Source: Octopus bimaculoides
Taxonomy: Eukaryota
Length of the DNA stretch: 64,000 nt
Assembly (NCBI RefSeq): GCF_001194135.2
Contig: NC_068985.1
Span: 86,101,249 to 86,165,248, forward strand
Direction of reading: 5' to 3'
Position 1 is the first letter of the stretch. Each line of letters opens with the position of its first letter. Both the position numbers and the translations under genes were made by a program. The notes below the pieces were generated by a model. It ran no database searches and was not told the DNA's origin. It saw only the letters and a list, made by a program, of their open reading frames with translations. This document shows, piece by piece, positions 23,408 to 35,715 of the stretch.

Positions 23408-23634
23408 NNNNNNNNNNNNNNNATGTGTGTGTGTACATGTTTGTGTGTCTGTGTTTATACCCCCAACATCGCTTGACAACCGATGCTGGTGTGTTTACGT
23501 CCCTGTAACTTAGCGGTTCGGCAAAAAATACTGATAGAATAAGTACTAGGCTTATAAAAAATAAGTCCTGGGGGCGATTTGCTTGACTAAAGGCGGTGCT
23601 CCGGCATAGCCACAGTCAAATGACACAAACTAAA
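23212..23634 (+). mobile_element. Full-length, well-preserved SINE family B
   Basis: A-box TGGCTGTGTGG (23222-23232), B-box GGTTCAGTCC (23265-23274), CCTTGGGCAAGTG CORE-like segment, internal (TA)/(TG) array, tail ending GGCGGTGCTCCGGCATAGCCACAGTCAAATGAC. Many CpGs retained. Confidence 0.9.
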
Positions 23635-23714
23635 TCATTTGTGCAGTAATGACAAAAAAAAGCTGACCACTCATGTCATCTTCAACTGGAACACGTCCAT
23701 CATATATATATATA

Positions 23715-23759
<45 letters not shown>

Positions 23760-23959
23760 TAGCAGACTGGGTCTAAAAATATTGGTTGCCAGGAGACTTG
23801 TTCATGGCATACCAAGAACTCATTCTAAACAGAAAATAAAACTTTTTAATGATGTTAAATTGAATTGTATACATCTATGTTCCAATCCCTTAATTAACTA
23901 ATTAACTTTGATTTGGTGTGACATTGAAGGCTTGAGAGAGAGATGGAGGACACCACCAA

Positions 23960-24108
23960 CCCTAAGTCAGTACTCATTATTAGCTGAGTAGACCGGAGCA
24001 ATGTGAAATGGAGGGCCTTGCTCAAGGACACAATGTGTCACCCAGTCAAGGAGTGGATCCCATAATTTGCTGATCCTAAACCCACTTAATCACTTGGCCA
24101 TGAGCCTT
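23960..24108 (-). mobile_element. SINE family A head, partial
   Basis: Inverted CCTTGCTCAAGGACACAA. Confidence 0.65.
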
Positions 24109-25462
24109 TACATTAATGTTACACAGACAGACAGAGTAAAGCAACAGACATTAAAATATTAAATAATAATAATGTTGTTGTTGTTGCTGATGTTTACCCC
24201 TGGGTCAGACACTTGAACATGGAGCTCCAGCCATAATAAACTTGTCTTTTTGCAGACCTTGGACTGTATTTTTTAGTGTTTTGTTCCTTTGTTACAGCAA
24301 AAGGGTGTGCTTTGAGGGAAATTTGATTGTTATTTCTTACAGGTCAAGTGACTCCATAGAAACCCTTTTGCTGCCTCAGTCAAGACTGTGTTGAGCTCCC
24401 AGGCAAGTTCCATAACTCGACTTGCCTTATACTGTTTAGCTGACAAACGGGTTCCACTTGTATTGAATGTTGATTAGTTAATGACAGGAAATATACATCT
24501 GGGTGGACAAAAAAAAAATATATATATATATAAATAAATAAACATTAAAAAAATACCCATTGTAGCACCAACTAAAACTGTCCACCAATGCTAATATATA
24601 AAAAATAAAAGACAGAATTTGTTGTTGCCCCAGTAATGGCTAATTACTCAATCATTTTAATGAAGCCAATTCATAATGCAATATCTGCAATATTGTTTTT
24701 AAGAATCAGATCAATATAAAGTCACTCAATCACTGTGTGTGTGCATGAATGTATGTTCGTGTGTGTTCGTGTGTGGAGAGAGAGAGAGAAAGAGTGAGAG
24801 AGACTGAATGAGGGAGAAAGAAAGAGAGAGTGAGATCTACTTCTAAATATCAGAACTTTGTTGGAGAATTGAGTTGCCAAGAGCATGCTTCGATGCAACT
24901 TCTCTCTGTCTCTTTCTCTCTCCCTCTGTCTGCCTGTCTCTCTCTCTCTCATACACATACATGCACAACATAAGCACATACACATGTAGACATGTGCAAT
25001 CTCAGATACATACATGCATTGATTTTCTTACAAAGGCACAAAGACATAATTGTGTAGGAAACAGATGCAGTTGATTAAATTGATGCAGAGTGTTACTGTT
25101 GTACATTTCAACGATGCTCTCCTTGCCAATAAAAGGAAAAAGCAGAGAAAACTTTTAGAGGTTTTTAAATCCATAATTTAATCAAACTTGATTGGGTTTG
25201 AACCCCTAACACAAAGATAGCTGTTGCTTCATTTTGACCCACAACAAAAAGCAACTAAATATCATCATCAGGAGTAGGATGTCTTGGGGTGGGTCCAACT
25301 GTTTCACTATCCTTAGGGTTCTGCTGTTGTTCTTCACATATTTCAAAATATATATTTATCTTTTGGATGCCCAAAATGCACACACACACACACGCACACA
25401 CACATACACATATATACATACATGTGTGCATACGTACACATATACATATATTTATGCCTATA

Positions 25463-25899
25463 CATCATCATCATCATCATCGTTTAACGTCCGCTTTCCA
25501 TGCTAGCATGGGTTGGACGATTTGACTGAGGACTGGTGAAACCGGATGGCAACACCAGGCTCCAGTCTGATTTGGCAGAGTTTCTACAGCTGGATGCCCT
25601 TCCTAACGCCAACCACTCAGAGAGTGTAGTGGGTGCTTTTACGTGTCACCCGCACGAAAACGGCCACGCTCGAAATGGTGTCTTTTATGTGCCACCCGCA
25701 CAAGCCAGTCCAGGGGCACTGGCAACGATCTTACTTGGCTTGCCGGGTCTTCTCACGCACAGCCCATTTCCAAAGGTCTCGGTCCGTAGTCATCGCCTCG
25801 GTGAGGCCCAATGTACTAAGGTCTTGCCTCACCACCTCAGCCCAGGTCTTCCTGGGCCTACCTCTTCTACGGGTTCCCTCAACTGTTAGGGTGTGGCAC
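25463..25899 (-). mobile_element. Young 5'-truncated RTE-clade LINE (ORF C-terminus, 3' UTR, (TGA)n tail)
   Basis: Uninterrupted CHTLTVEGTRRRGRPRKTWAEVVRQDLSTLGLTEAMTTDRDLWKWAVREKTRQAK* carries the RTE GRPxxxW...DR..W motif. CpG-rich and embedded in TA-rich repeats. Confidence 0.92.
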
Positions 25900-26059
25900 G
25901 TATAATATATATATATATATATATACACGTGTGAGTATATGTACACATATGCATATATTTATACATATACATGTATAATGTATATATATGTATAATATAC
26001 AATATATATACATGCACACACAAACACACACATGTACATATATATACACATACATACTT

Positions 26060-26715
26060 CCAGTGCTGATTGTTGTAGGACAAAAAAAAATGTGCAAGGA
26101 AGAGGAGTCGGTTGGTATGGTCATGTGATGCATATGGATGAAGACAGCTGCATAAAAAAAAAGTATTGATCTCTAAATGTGGAGGGAATTTGTGGAAAAG
26201 GAAAACCCAGGAAGACACGAGACAATGTTGAAAACTGATTTTCAGAAGTTGAGCTTCACAGAGAAGATGACACAGGACTGAAATAAACGGGGATGTGCTG
26301 TGCTTGAGAAAACCCTTCCAGCTAATTAAAATGAAGGCCATAAAGGCATGTCTTTTATATTTATGGCCCTGCACATAACCTGTCCCTTTCAAATCTCTCC
26401 CAAACAACTCACCTTCCTAACATCACGTCATTCACTCCACCTGTCCTATCCTTGGGTCTACTTCCCTTATATACACCCCTCCCTGTAACTTAGAGTGTGT
26501 CCTCTCCTGTCACATCTTCCCCCTCTCCTCTCTCTCTCTCCCCTACTGAGGTAGTCATGTATCTCTTCTACAGCAAAACATCTAGTTCTGTCCCTCAACC
26601 CATACCCTAACCTCTCATCACCTGGCACAAAGCTACTTCCCTCAAAACTATCCCCCCTCACACACACACCAATCAAGGGATCTTGTCTTGTAAGTTATTT
26701 GGTGACCTTACTGTT
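26060..26715 (+). mobile_element. Older RTE LINE fragment (ORF end and long 3' UTR)
   Basis: Across frameshifts: WYGHVMHMDEDSCIKK...VEGICGKGKPRKT...CAVLEKT, followed by a pyrimidine-rich UTR. Confidence 0.8.
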
Positions 26716-27159
26716 ACATGATTGGAGCAGACATGTCATATATTTGAGATCTTTGAAATCAGATTGAAAAATTAAGATAGTTTCTCTATTTAACAATATC
26801 TGATGTAAATGGCTTGCTGGCTGGTTGGGTGGTTGGTTTGTTCTTCAGTCACACTTTATAGGGAGAAATAAAAGGAGAGTAAAAGAATGATAAAGAGAGT
26901 TAAGGGGTGCAAGACAAGAGCACATACTAGGCTTGGTGTCACACAAAAAATAAAACAATGCTACACACATACACACACAGTGAGAGTGAAAGAATCATAG
27001 AAATGGAGGAAGTAAACGACAGAGTGCTTATGGGAAGTGTTACGCAAATAGGAAATAAATGTCGTTCTGCCAGATTGCATTAAGAATGAATATGTACGGT
27101 TTTGTTTTGTTTAATTCTATTTTAAAGGAATTAATACTTTTCTTTTGAAAATTTGCCTT

Positions 27160-27402
27160 CATTGTCCTTGAGCAAGATACTTCATTTCCCATTGCTCCAA
27201 TCCACTCAGATGGCAAAAAATGAGCTGTGTGTGTAATTCAAAAGGTCAGCTTTGTCCCATTCTGGGTCTCACTGAATCTCTCTGAGAATTACATTAAGGG
27301 TACACATGTCTGTGGAGTACTCAGCCCCTTGCATGTTAATTCCACAAACAGGCTGTTCCATTGATTGGATCAACTGGAACCCCATCCTTCCTTGTAACCA
27401 AT
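27160..27402 (+). mobile_element. SINE family A, 5'-truncated
   Basis: GTCCTTGAGCAAGATAC...GGATCAACTGGAACCC. Confidence 0.85.
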
Positions 27403-27789
27403 GAAAAGTCCCTGTCATTTCATAATTTTGTATAAACATCAAGAAATTTGATAAAAGTCAAATCATAATTATTGTATGGAGGTCATAATTTCTGATATTG
27501 CTCCAGGATGGCAAAAGTATTTTTGCAATGTTATCTGTCAAATGACAGATAAAACTTTTGTTAATAAAAGAAACACTTTATTACAACATTGACAGCTTTT
27601 AATCTCAGTGGAAATTAAAAAAAATAATTACACCTATAAGAATGCTGAAATTCAGCTTTCCCCTGTGGGCATAAGCAGCCCTAGGGCTATATGCGTATAT
27701 GTGTATATGTGAATATATATATATATATTTATGCACATAGTAGATAGTTGATAGCACTCCATCTTGTTGAAGATATGACAGATGTCTGG

Positions 27790-27992
27790 TTCCATTGGGT
27801 TGGTATTAGGAAGGACATCTGGCCATAGGAACTCAGACAAAAATGAAACACACAAGTGGGATGTGGTTTTTGATCCAGTCCTACTGAGCAGTGGCCTCTG
27901 AAACGAACATTTTATCTCTGACTGTCACAACTCATCAAACCCATACCAGCATAAGAAGTAGAGGTAGACCAATGATGATGATGATGATGTAT
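27790..27992 (+). mobile_element. RTE 3' end
   Basis: GTATTAGGAAGGACATCTGGCCATAG core and (GAT)n tail. Confidence 0.7.
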
Positions 27993-28372
27993 AATGTAAT
28001 CCAACAAGGTAGAGATATTTCAGTGATTAAATATACATGTACCCTGTCATATTCACTTTCACTTTATTAATAAAAAATGATATATCTAAATATATACACA
28101 CATATATGTACATATACATATTTATATCTTCAGGTGTCAAAGACTTTTATCATGTGTCTGTTACCTGGTTACTGAAGTTCCATTTCTCTCTAAAACTAAT
28201 TTTGTTCTGTTAAAAAAATTTCTTGTTTTAATATTCAGAAAACTTATCAGCCAGTAAGACCTTGTACTGTTGCTAAGGCAACTATATATCTATGAAAGAA
28301 TGTGCTTGCTTTTTCTTTTTTGTATCAGCCTGTTCAGCTAATATTTACTGTGTGTGTATGTATTTAATATAA

Positions 28373-28463
<91 letters not shown>

Positions 28464-29049
28464 GTGCACATATATAAAAACTAAATATAAAACAAACACA
28501 ACAGCACAAGCTCATATACAGTGTCCCATACATGAGGCAGTATTTAATACTTGACTGTTGTGTAAAAGCTGATGGAGTTGTGGAACACATTGTGTGTTAT
28601 AAAGCTTTTGCTGACAATCAGAGAAATCTTAAGTCTTAGAAAAATCAACAGTGCAGAGATTACATTGATAATTCTCTCTGCAAACATCTCCAAGAGAATT
28701 CTTCAAACTGAGTTCAGTCTATGTAAGATAATGGACTTGTTTGCCTTTGACAAAATTTGGATTAAAAATAAATTAGATTTGAAGGGAATTTTTATTCAAT
28801 ACAAACGGAAATTTTTCAGGAGAATTAGATTGAAAAAAATACATACACACCTACACATGTAGATGTATGCATGTAGGTATGTGTATGTATTTATATATAT
28901 GTATATATTTATGTGTCCATGTATGTATGTCATCTTTAAACACACACGCACACAAACAACAGATCGGTGGTTGTGAATACCAAGTTTTGCCTGTATGAAG
29001 AATGTACTGTTCAACATAAAATAGTAATTACTGTCATTAGTTTAAAAAG

Positions 29050-29790
29050 CAGACAGATCCAGTGACTGAACGTTACCTGGAGTAGGAAATTATGGAAGCT
29101 GTATATCAAGAAGAAAGAGGAAACAAATGTAAAACAAAAAGCATAACTGGGAATTTGTGTCTCATCTTTGAGCAATGTTCCAGCCAAAGAAAAGGTAACA
29201 TGAGGCAGTGAGGTATGGTAGGTAAAACAGACACTAAGGGTTGGGCCTGGAATGAAAGGCAGAATTTTGGAAGACAGAGGGAATATGAAGTAGTGAAAGA
29301 GTAGGAGCAACCAGCAAAGAGAGAAATGGAAGGAAGAGATTTGCTGATTAAATTACAAGAATTTAGTGAATGAAGAGAATTGCTTGGATAGCAAAGAACT
29401 ATTCTGAGTAAAGCCAAGCTGAGGGATCAGGTTCTGAAGGTGAAAGCTAAATAGATGGAATAACCATTAGGAGTATAAAAGTAAGGAGAGGGAGATGGAT
29501 CATCAGGGGAAGGTGCTGGACTACTGAAACTATCCAATGATGAAGAATTAGGGTTGATGGATTTACAGCTGTTGATAATGGTGAAGTTGAAAATCCTTTT
29601 GCAGAAGAATGAAGAACTTGAAATATTCTCTGAATGGAACAACAGAAGCAGTCATTGAAGTAGACCAAGAAAGGTTATTCCCAATGATTGATACAGTAAT
29701 ATCATAATCAATGATTGGCTCAAGAAAAAAGGGGGGATGCTCTAGAAACTGATGAACCAGGTTATGAAAGATAGAGAAAGAGTTTGAGCA
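29050..29790 (-). mobile_element. Probable decayed Penelope-like element (RT C-terminus to GIY-YIG linker)
   Basis: Fragments DITVSIIGNNLSWS, VPFREY...QKDF and LPFIPGPTLSVCFTYH parallel the PLE motifs LDISVSIxGxxLSTS, IPFSQF...DF and CPFI...GP...ITDHFTC in the expected order. Confidence 0.45.
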
Positions 29791-29824
29791 CAAACTAATT
29801 AGAAAAAACTTTCACTATTTCTAA

Positions 29825-30030
29825 CATACGTTGATCTGAAGAAGGTTTTTTGAGAAGGTACCATACTGTGAGGTTTAATGGTTAATAAGAAAACAAAGCC
29901 TAGATATTTGGTTTGTAAAAGATATGCAAGCTACATACAGAAATACCATTAACAAGGTGAGGTTAGAGTTTCATAAGGAATGGAGAAAGTTGAGGGTTCA
30001 CTTCTCAGTCACCCCCTACAATTTAAGTAA
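29825..30030 (+). mobile_element. RTE reverse-transcriptase core remnant
   Basis: YVDLKKVF...QATYRNTINKVR...EG-SLLS-PLQF corresponds to FVDLEKAFDRVP...QAMYxxxxSKVR...HQGSVLSPLLF. Confidence 0.65.
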
Positions 30031-30344
30031 ATACAAGGAACAATAAAAAGGATAATAGACAGGGAAGAAAGTTTGACAAATTAGGTTCAAACACTTCGAA
30101 TGGAAAGTGAAAGTAAATTAATATTTCATATATTTGTCTTTCATCACTAGAAAGAAAGAGAGAGAGAGGAGGAAAGAGAGGAGAGAGGGAGAGGGAGGAG
30201 AGAGATAAAAGAAAGAGAGAAGAGGTGAAGGTTAGAGGGGAATGGTACTGTATGTGAGGGGGAGTTATAAAGGAAGGAATCCATGGGAACTTCTATATAA
30301 TAATGACCTTTAACCATGTGGTCAGGAAACAAACTTCTTACCAC

Positions 30345-30615
30345 ATGAGAATCAGCTGAAAAGTTCCTCGGCTGATCAAGATACTCTCATAGGATGTGAC
30401 CAGATGTGATTTATTTTTCAACATGGTCCTCCTTGTGGTCCACACACTTTTCCCATCAATGTGCAGAGCTTGGATCCCATAAGTGAAGAAGCTTTCACCC
30501 TGTTGGTCAAAAAATTCATCAACAGCAGATATGACATCACCATCATCACTGTGATACTGGTACCCAGCCAAGTGTTTGACCATGTTGGGGAACAGCTTTT
30601 AGTCAGATAATAGTC
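30345..30615 (-). mobile_element. Mariner transposase 3' end with TIR remnant
   Basis: DYYL...PNMVKHLAGYQYHSDDGDVISAVDEFFDQQGESFFTYGIQAL...KSVW matches the mariner C-terminus DYHLFPNMKKxLAGxxY...GIQAL.HRWKKCV. Ends CAGCCGAGGAACTTTTCAGCTGATTC. Confidence 0.85.
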
Positions 30616-30870
30616 ATATATATGAAATATGATATATATATATATACTTATATATATATTGTATTTCGAGATGGTCATTTTTACATTTCATTTTTTTTTT
30701 TTGCCAAATAAACATATGCACTATATATATTTTTTATTTTCTTCACTCATTTATTACTGCTCTTATTTCATTATTTTAACGCCTGTCCATCGTCCGGAAA
30801 TCTTTCATCACACATCTGTGACCTCTTCAGTGACACTATTCATTTCCATGTGTGTTCTTGCTCCACTTAC

Positions 30871-30967
30871 TCTTCTTAGACGAACAGAATGGAGTTGTTC
30901 CCTTGACAATCCTTTGTGGTTGAGTGTCTAAATACTTTCGAAACATCCATTGCAGGCTTCTGAACAA
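30871..30967 (-). CDS. Candidate 97-nt internal coding exon (LFRSLQWMFRKYLDTQPQRIVKGTTPFCSSKK)
   Basis: Acceptor CACGTTTCACCATTACAG, donor AGA|GTAAGT, one frame fully open (phase 0 to 1), unique CpG-containing sequence. I recognise no homologue. Confidence 0.35.
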
Positions 30968-31814
30968 CTGTAATGGTGAAACGTGCATAGGAACTATTAT
31001 ATAAACTCGTGTTTATCCTCATTTCTCCTACATTTGCTCTGTAGCTCATAACTGGTAATACTACTCAGTGTAGAAGTTATCTTTAATTATTTAAAGAACT
31101 CTACATGAAGCAGACTCGATTATGAGACTCTGCATTGAGATCTAGACATTAACAGTAGCAGTTGTACATCTATTCATACAATTAGTTTCTACTGTATATA
31201 CATATATACATATACATATCTTATATTGTATTATATATATATATGTATGCATGTATGTATGCACGTATGTATGTGCCAAAATATACAGAAAACAGAAGCA
31301 CCCACTTTCAAATAGAAGGTTCTCAATGCATGATGTTTGTAGAGTGAGAAAGGGCTTCATTTGATAAAAATCAACATTTCCAAGATGATTTTGTTGGGTT
31401 TTTTATGCTCTTCAGAATGTCAAGTCAGAATGAAATAACGATGAAATGTAAGTGAAGTTAATTAAAATTGTTTTGAAAATCAAAGTGAAATCAAAATAAA
31501 ACACTGCTACTGGTCAGAAAGATCAATAACAAGTTAGCATTGATGGATTTACAATTGTTAATAATGGTGACAGTGGAAAACTGTTTGTTGGGGGGAGGGG
31601 AGAGCAAACGAAGAGCATGAAATGCTTTATGAATGGAATAACAGAAACAATAATTTGAAAATGCATCAGCTGATGGATGCACACACACACAGATATAAGC
31701 CACTATTAGCAGTGTACAAAAGCGAAAATCTTTGTAAGAGAAAATCTTTACTATTTCAGTTGAAATAGTAAAGATCATTCCAAACTGTTGAAATGGGATT
31801 TTGCAGACAAAACA

Positions 31815-31925
31815 GAAATCCCTTCAGGTAGACAGCCCTGCTTGATCTGTAGAAAAGTCGTTAGTAGAAATTTCATAAGATGTACCCAGTGTAAGCTATG
31901 GATACATGAGAGGTGCAGTAACTAT
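31815..31925 (+). mobile_element. RTE ORF cysteine-rich (PHD-like) segment remnant
   Basis: SGRQPCLICRKVVSRNFIRCTQCKLWIHERCS matches the RTE motif GKxPCxxCRKGVGxNSIxCxxCxxWxHKRCS. Confidence 0.7.
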
Positions 31926-34624
31926 ATTTTGTAGTTGAAAAATAAGAAAAATTAGAGCCATGTTTTCCCTCTTTCACACTCTCTCTATATTCTGTCTTAA
32001 TTTAAATCACATTCATTTTTTTTAATTGAAGATTTTAATGACTTATGTTTAATTTTGTCATTGATTTAGTGATATTGGATTATGAATCTATATAGAATTT
32101 AGAAATGCTCCAACTGGCCTCAATGATGAAGTGCCAAACTACTGTTTAGAGAATCACACAAATAATGAGTAAGTTTGAGAAGCAAAGAGGAGACAAATAA
32201 ACAAATAGAATGTGGAGTCAGACAAGCAGAATCCTGTGCTGGGAAATGTATAGAAATACAAAGAGACAAATGCAACAATCAAAGAAGTGTACATGGAAGA
32301 TAAACACACCAAAGGAAGACACAGTAGAGAGTCTATGTTTTTGGTGGATATTCTTCATCAAAAGAGAAGGAAACGAACTGAGAGACAAGAGAAAGAGAAA
32401 AAAATGTACAATACTGAATATAAAATATCTGTTTAAATATGTGTAGATCAGTAAAGTAGACTGGGCTAACATGAAATGAAAAACCTTACTCAAAGACCCA
32501 GCATCTCGTTCAGTCTAGAATTTAAACTTACAACCTTTAGATGCTGAGCTGAACACTCTAACTACTAGGACACACATTTTCATAGGCAGTATTTTTTCAG
32601 TAGAAATAAGTTGTTGGAAGATTTCATTAGAATCTGACATATGCCTTCAAGTGAGTGGTTATCTCCCTTTAATCTGATGCTGTTAAAAAAGCTCACTTCA
32701 TGGCTCAAGTTGTACATTTTGTAGAGCAACTCACAGCTTTTGCCTGACATAAGAACATTGCTGTTTCTTGTTTCTCTCTAAAAATATAGGGTTCTGTGTA
32801 CAGAGCTAAAACTAAAAGTCATTCATTAATATCAAAATGTAATGTTGTTGATTTCAAACTGTTGAAAGCTGGAGTTCAAATTTTACCTGATCACATTCTT
32901 GAAAAATCTGTGAATGTGAATGATTTATCAGAAACGAAATTGTAATAAATATTTACTTAATGAACCCAGCAACAGAGAAGTCAGAGGTTATGAAAAAACA
33001 AAACTAAACAAAGCAAAACATCCACACAAAGCCACGACTTCAAACTCTTTAAACTACACAGCTGTTTTATCACAAATTACCAGGGGGACATAAATCAGAG
33101 CTAAAAATTGATAATATAGAGTCCCATGAAAGGAATAACCATATTTTTTTCATTATTACAAATAACGTTTATTGTGATCATGCTGCTGCTGCTGCTGATG
33201 GTGATGATGGTGATGATGGTGATGATGGTGATGTTAATATTGATATGATTTGTGTGATAAAATTAATTTGCTATATGTTTATATCTTTATTCCTATTTCA
33301 GTTACAGTCTAAAATTGTGCACCAACAGTGTCCTATTTATGCAGTGTTGTTTTTTAACTTTATTTTTAGATTTTTATTTACTTATTTATTTTTGTTTGTT
33401 TGTTTTGTAATTTTTATCTGATATGCTTCAAATATAGAAAAAGAAATGTTAAATATTGTACAGGAGGGAACTGAAAAATTCAAATATTTCCTTATCAACT
33501 ATATCTTCCTTCTTCACTGATATTACAATTAATTTCTTTTCCAATGCAACAATTTTGTTTACAGATTCTTCGCCAATTCCACTCCGTGAATTGATTTTGT
33601 TTTACATTTAGGCGAGTTCACCTTGCTTTCTGTTTTCTTGTTCTTAATTTTATTGTTTGTTCTTTTATTTAAAAAGAAAAAATGTATTTTGTACTTATAC
33701 ACTTTTCTGCACGCAATAACCTTATCAGTTAACACAGTTTCTTTTATTTCATTTTGGGTTTATATTATTATTATTATTATTATTATTATTATCATCATTT
33801 ATTTATTTATTTATTTATCATTTACCTTTTGGATATTTCTGAGAGAAAGAAGAAAATACATAAATACTTTAAAATCAAAATGAAAATGAAAAGTTCTGTA
33901 AAAAAAAAAATCTCTGGAGATGAGTCAAAACTTTGAGTACAGAGTGGACTCTGAGGAATAAATTTTTTTCTTCAATATTTTATCTTAATACTTCCATCAA
34001 ATAACAGTTCTTGAAGAAAGAAGGCAGAAAAAAAAATCCAGCATGCTTTATTTTCTGAATACATATTCTATATTGGCAAAGAAAATATTGAGGTGTTATT
34101 TTTCTCTTAAAGTTTATTAGGAAAAAAAAAAAAATGAACAAATGTTCTCTTCGTTGTAGAGAAATGTTGGTATCAATTAAAATTTTCTAACACAGGTATT
34201 ATTCAAAAATTTTAAATCTGACAAACATCACAGATAATAACTTAATGAAAAATTCTATTAGATTTAAAAAGAAAAAGAAAAACTTTAATTTGATGCATGG
34301 CTAAAAATAATAGGAAGCTTATCTGCATCTAAAAGAATTCTTGAAGAGGAACCACTGTGTTTCGTGTCTTCTGTAATGAATGATAGTCACTCTATCATTA
34401 AATCTGAGAGTAATTAATATAAGACTAATGAAGAACAATGCAACAATAGTGAAGACAGATTGGGTTTAGGGAGTTCTTCTGAATTAGTTGCACCCATATT
34501 TCTGATTCTGGAAGGGATTTTTGTTTTTGTTGAAAGTTTCATTATTTGCAGACTGTTGGAGTTATTATCGTCTCAACTGGATATCATCATCATCATCATC
34601 GTCATCAACATCGTCAGCAGCAGC

Positions 34625-34870
34625 ATTATCATCATCATCATCATCATTGTCATTTAATGTTCATATTTCATACTTGCGTTGATCAGACAGAATTTTTTTG
34701 CGGTACCTTTGCTATAGCTTGGTACCCTTTCTGTCACCCACCCACACCTGTTCCCCAGCAAGGTAATATACCCCCACCCACTCCCGTGGCCAGACATATT
34801 TTTCACAGAAGATTGGAAGTGAGCAACATTGTTTGTTTAAAAGTCATACTCGCTTACAACCATCGCGATT
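34625..34870 (-). mobile_element. RTE-variant 3' end
   Basis: Reverse (TGA)n tail at 34625-34660, and GTGGCCAGACATATTTTTCACAGAAGATTGGAAGTGAG shared with 52090-52140. Confidence 0.65.
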
Positions 34871-34909
34871 TATCAAGACAAGGGCGCACACACATACACA
34901 TGAACATAT

Positions 34910-34982
<73 letters not shown>

Positions 34983-35019
34983 CATATGTATGTGTGTGTA
35001 TGTGTGTGTGTGTGTGTGT

Positions 35020-35172
35020 GTGACAAGTCTCTTCTGGTTTCCACTCTCCAAATCCATTGATAAAGCTTTGGTCAGTCTGAGGCAACAGAAAGACACTTGC
35101 CCAAGGTGCTGTGCAGTGGGACTGGACCTAAGACCACTAGGTTTTTGCAGTAAGTCTCCCAAACACAACAAC
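35020..35172 (-). mobile_element. SINE family B head
   Basis: Inverted GACACTTGCCCAAGGTG...GGGACTGGACC next to a TA/TG array. Confidence 0.75.
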
Positions 35173-35589
35173 TAAAAATTATTTGCAGTGCAATTAGTGG
35201 TACCTGTTGACATTCAGTTGAAAGAAGGCAATTAGAATTGTAAATCTCGACCAGATTGACCGGTAAATTAGACCACAACAACGACTGTGGAGAGATTTAG
35301 ATTCCTCGTTGCCACTTGACTGGTCAGGGTTGTAACAGTTTAAACTCATTGATTGAAAAGAAAAATGAAACTTTAACTTCTTTAGTAAAAGATTTGATCT
35401 AAAATAATATGTTGAAAGCACAAATTGATCAGTTTAGAATTGATGTCTATTTAAGATTGTGTCATGCATTTAAAATCTTCATTTATGTACAATTTTTCTA
35501 GTTTTATTCTATGAATATATTATAAACTATAAATTAGAGAATTAAGGGAGTCATTTGAGTTTTGGACAAAATACACTGACATTTATTTT

Positions 35590-35715
35590 GGCGATTTACA
35601 TTCTCACTTCAAATCCTGTCAAGGTCAATTCACCTTTTTGGGGTCGATAAAATTTACCAGTCTATAATGGATTAGCCCATTCCCTCAAAATTGCTGGCTT
35701 TGTGCCTGAATCAAT
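35590..35715 (+). mobile_element. SINE family E fragment
   Basis: CTTCAAATCC...GGGGTCGATAAAATTTACCAG. Confidence 0.6.

Noticed and set aside
32103-32168. Possible + strand exon NAPTGLNDEVPNYCLENHTNN with a GTAAGT donor
   Set aside because: The acceptor lacks a polypyrimidine tract, and a short open frame of this length is common by chance.
34546-35175. 209-aa His/Gln-rich ORF
   Set aside because: The His run is the reverse (TGA)n tail of an RTE end, and the rest is RTE UTR, microsatellite and SINE head.
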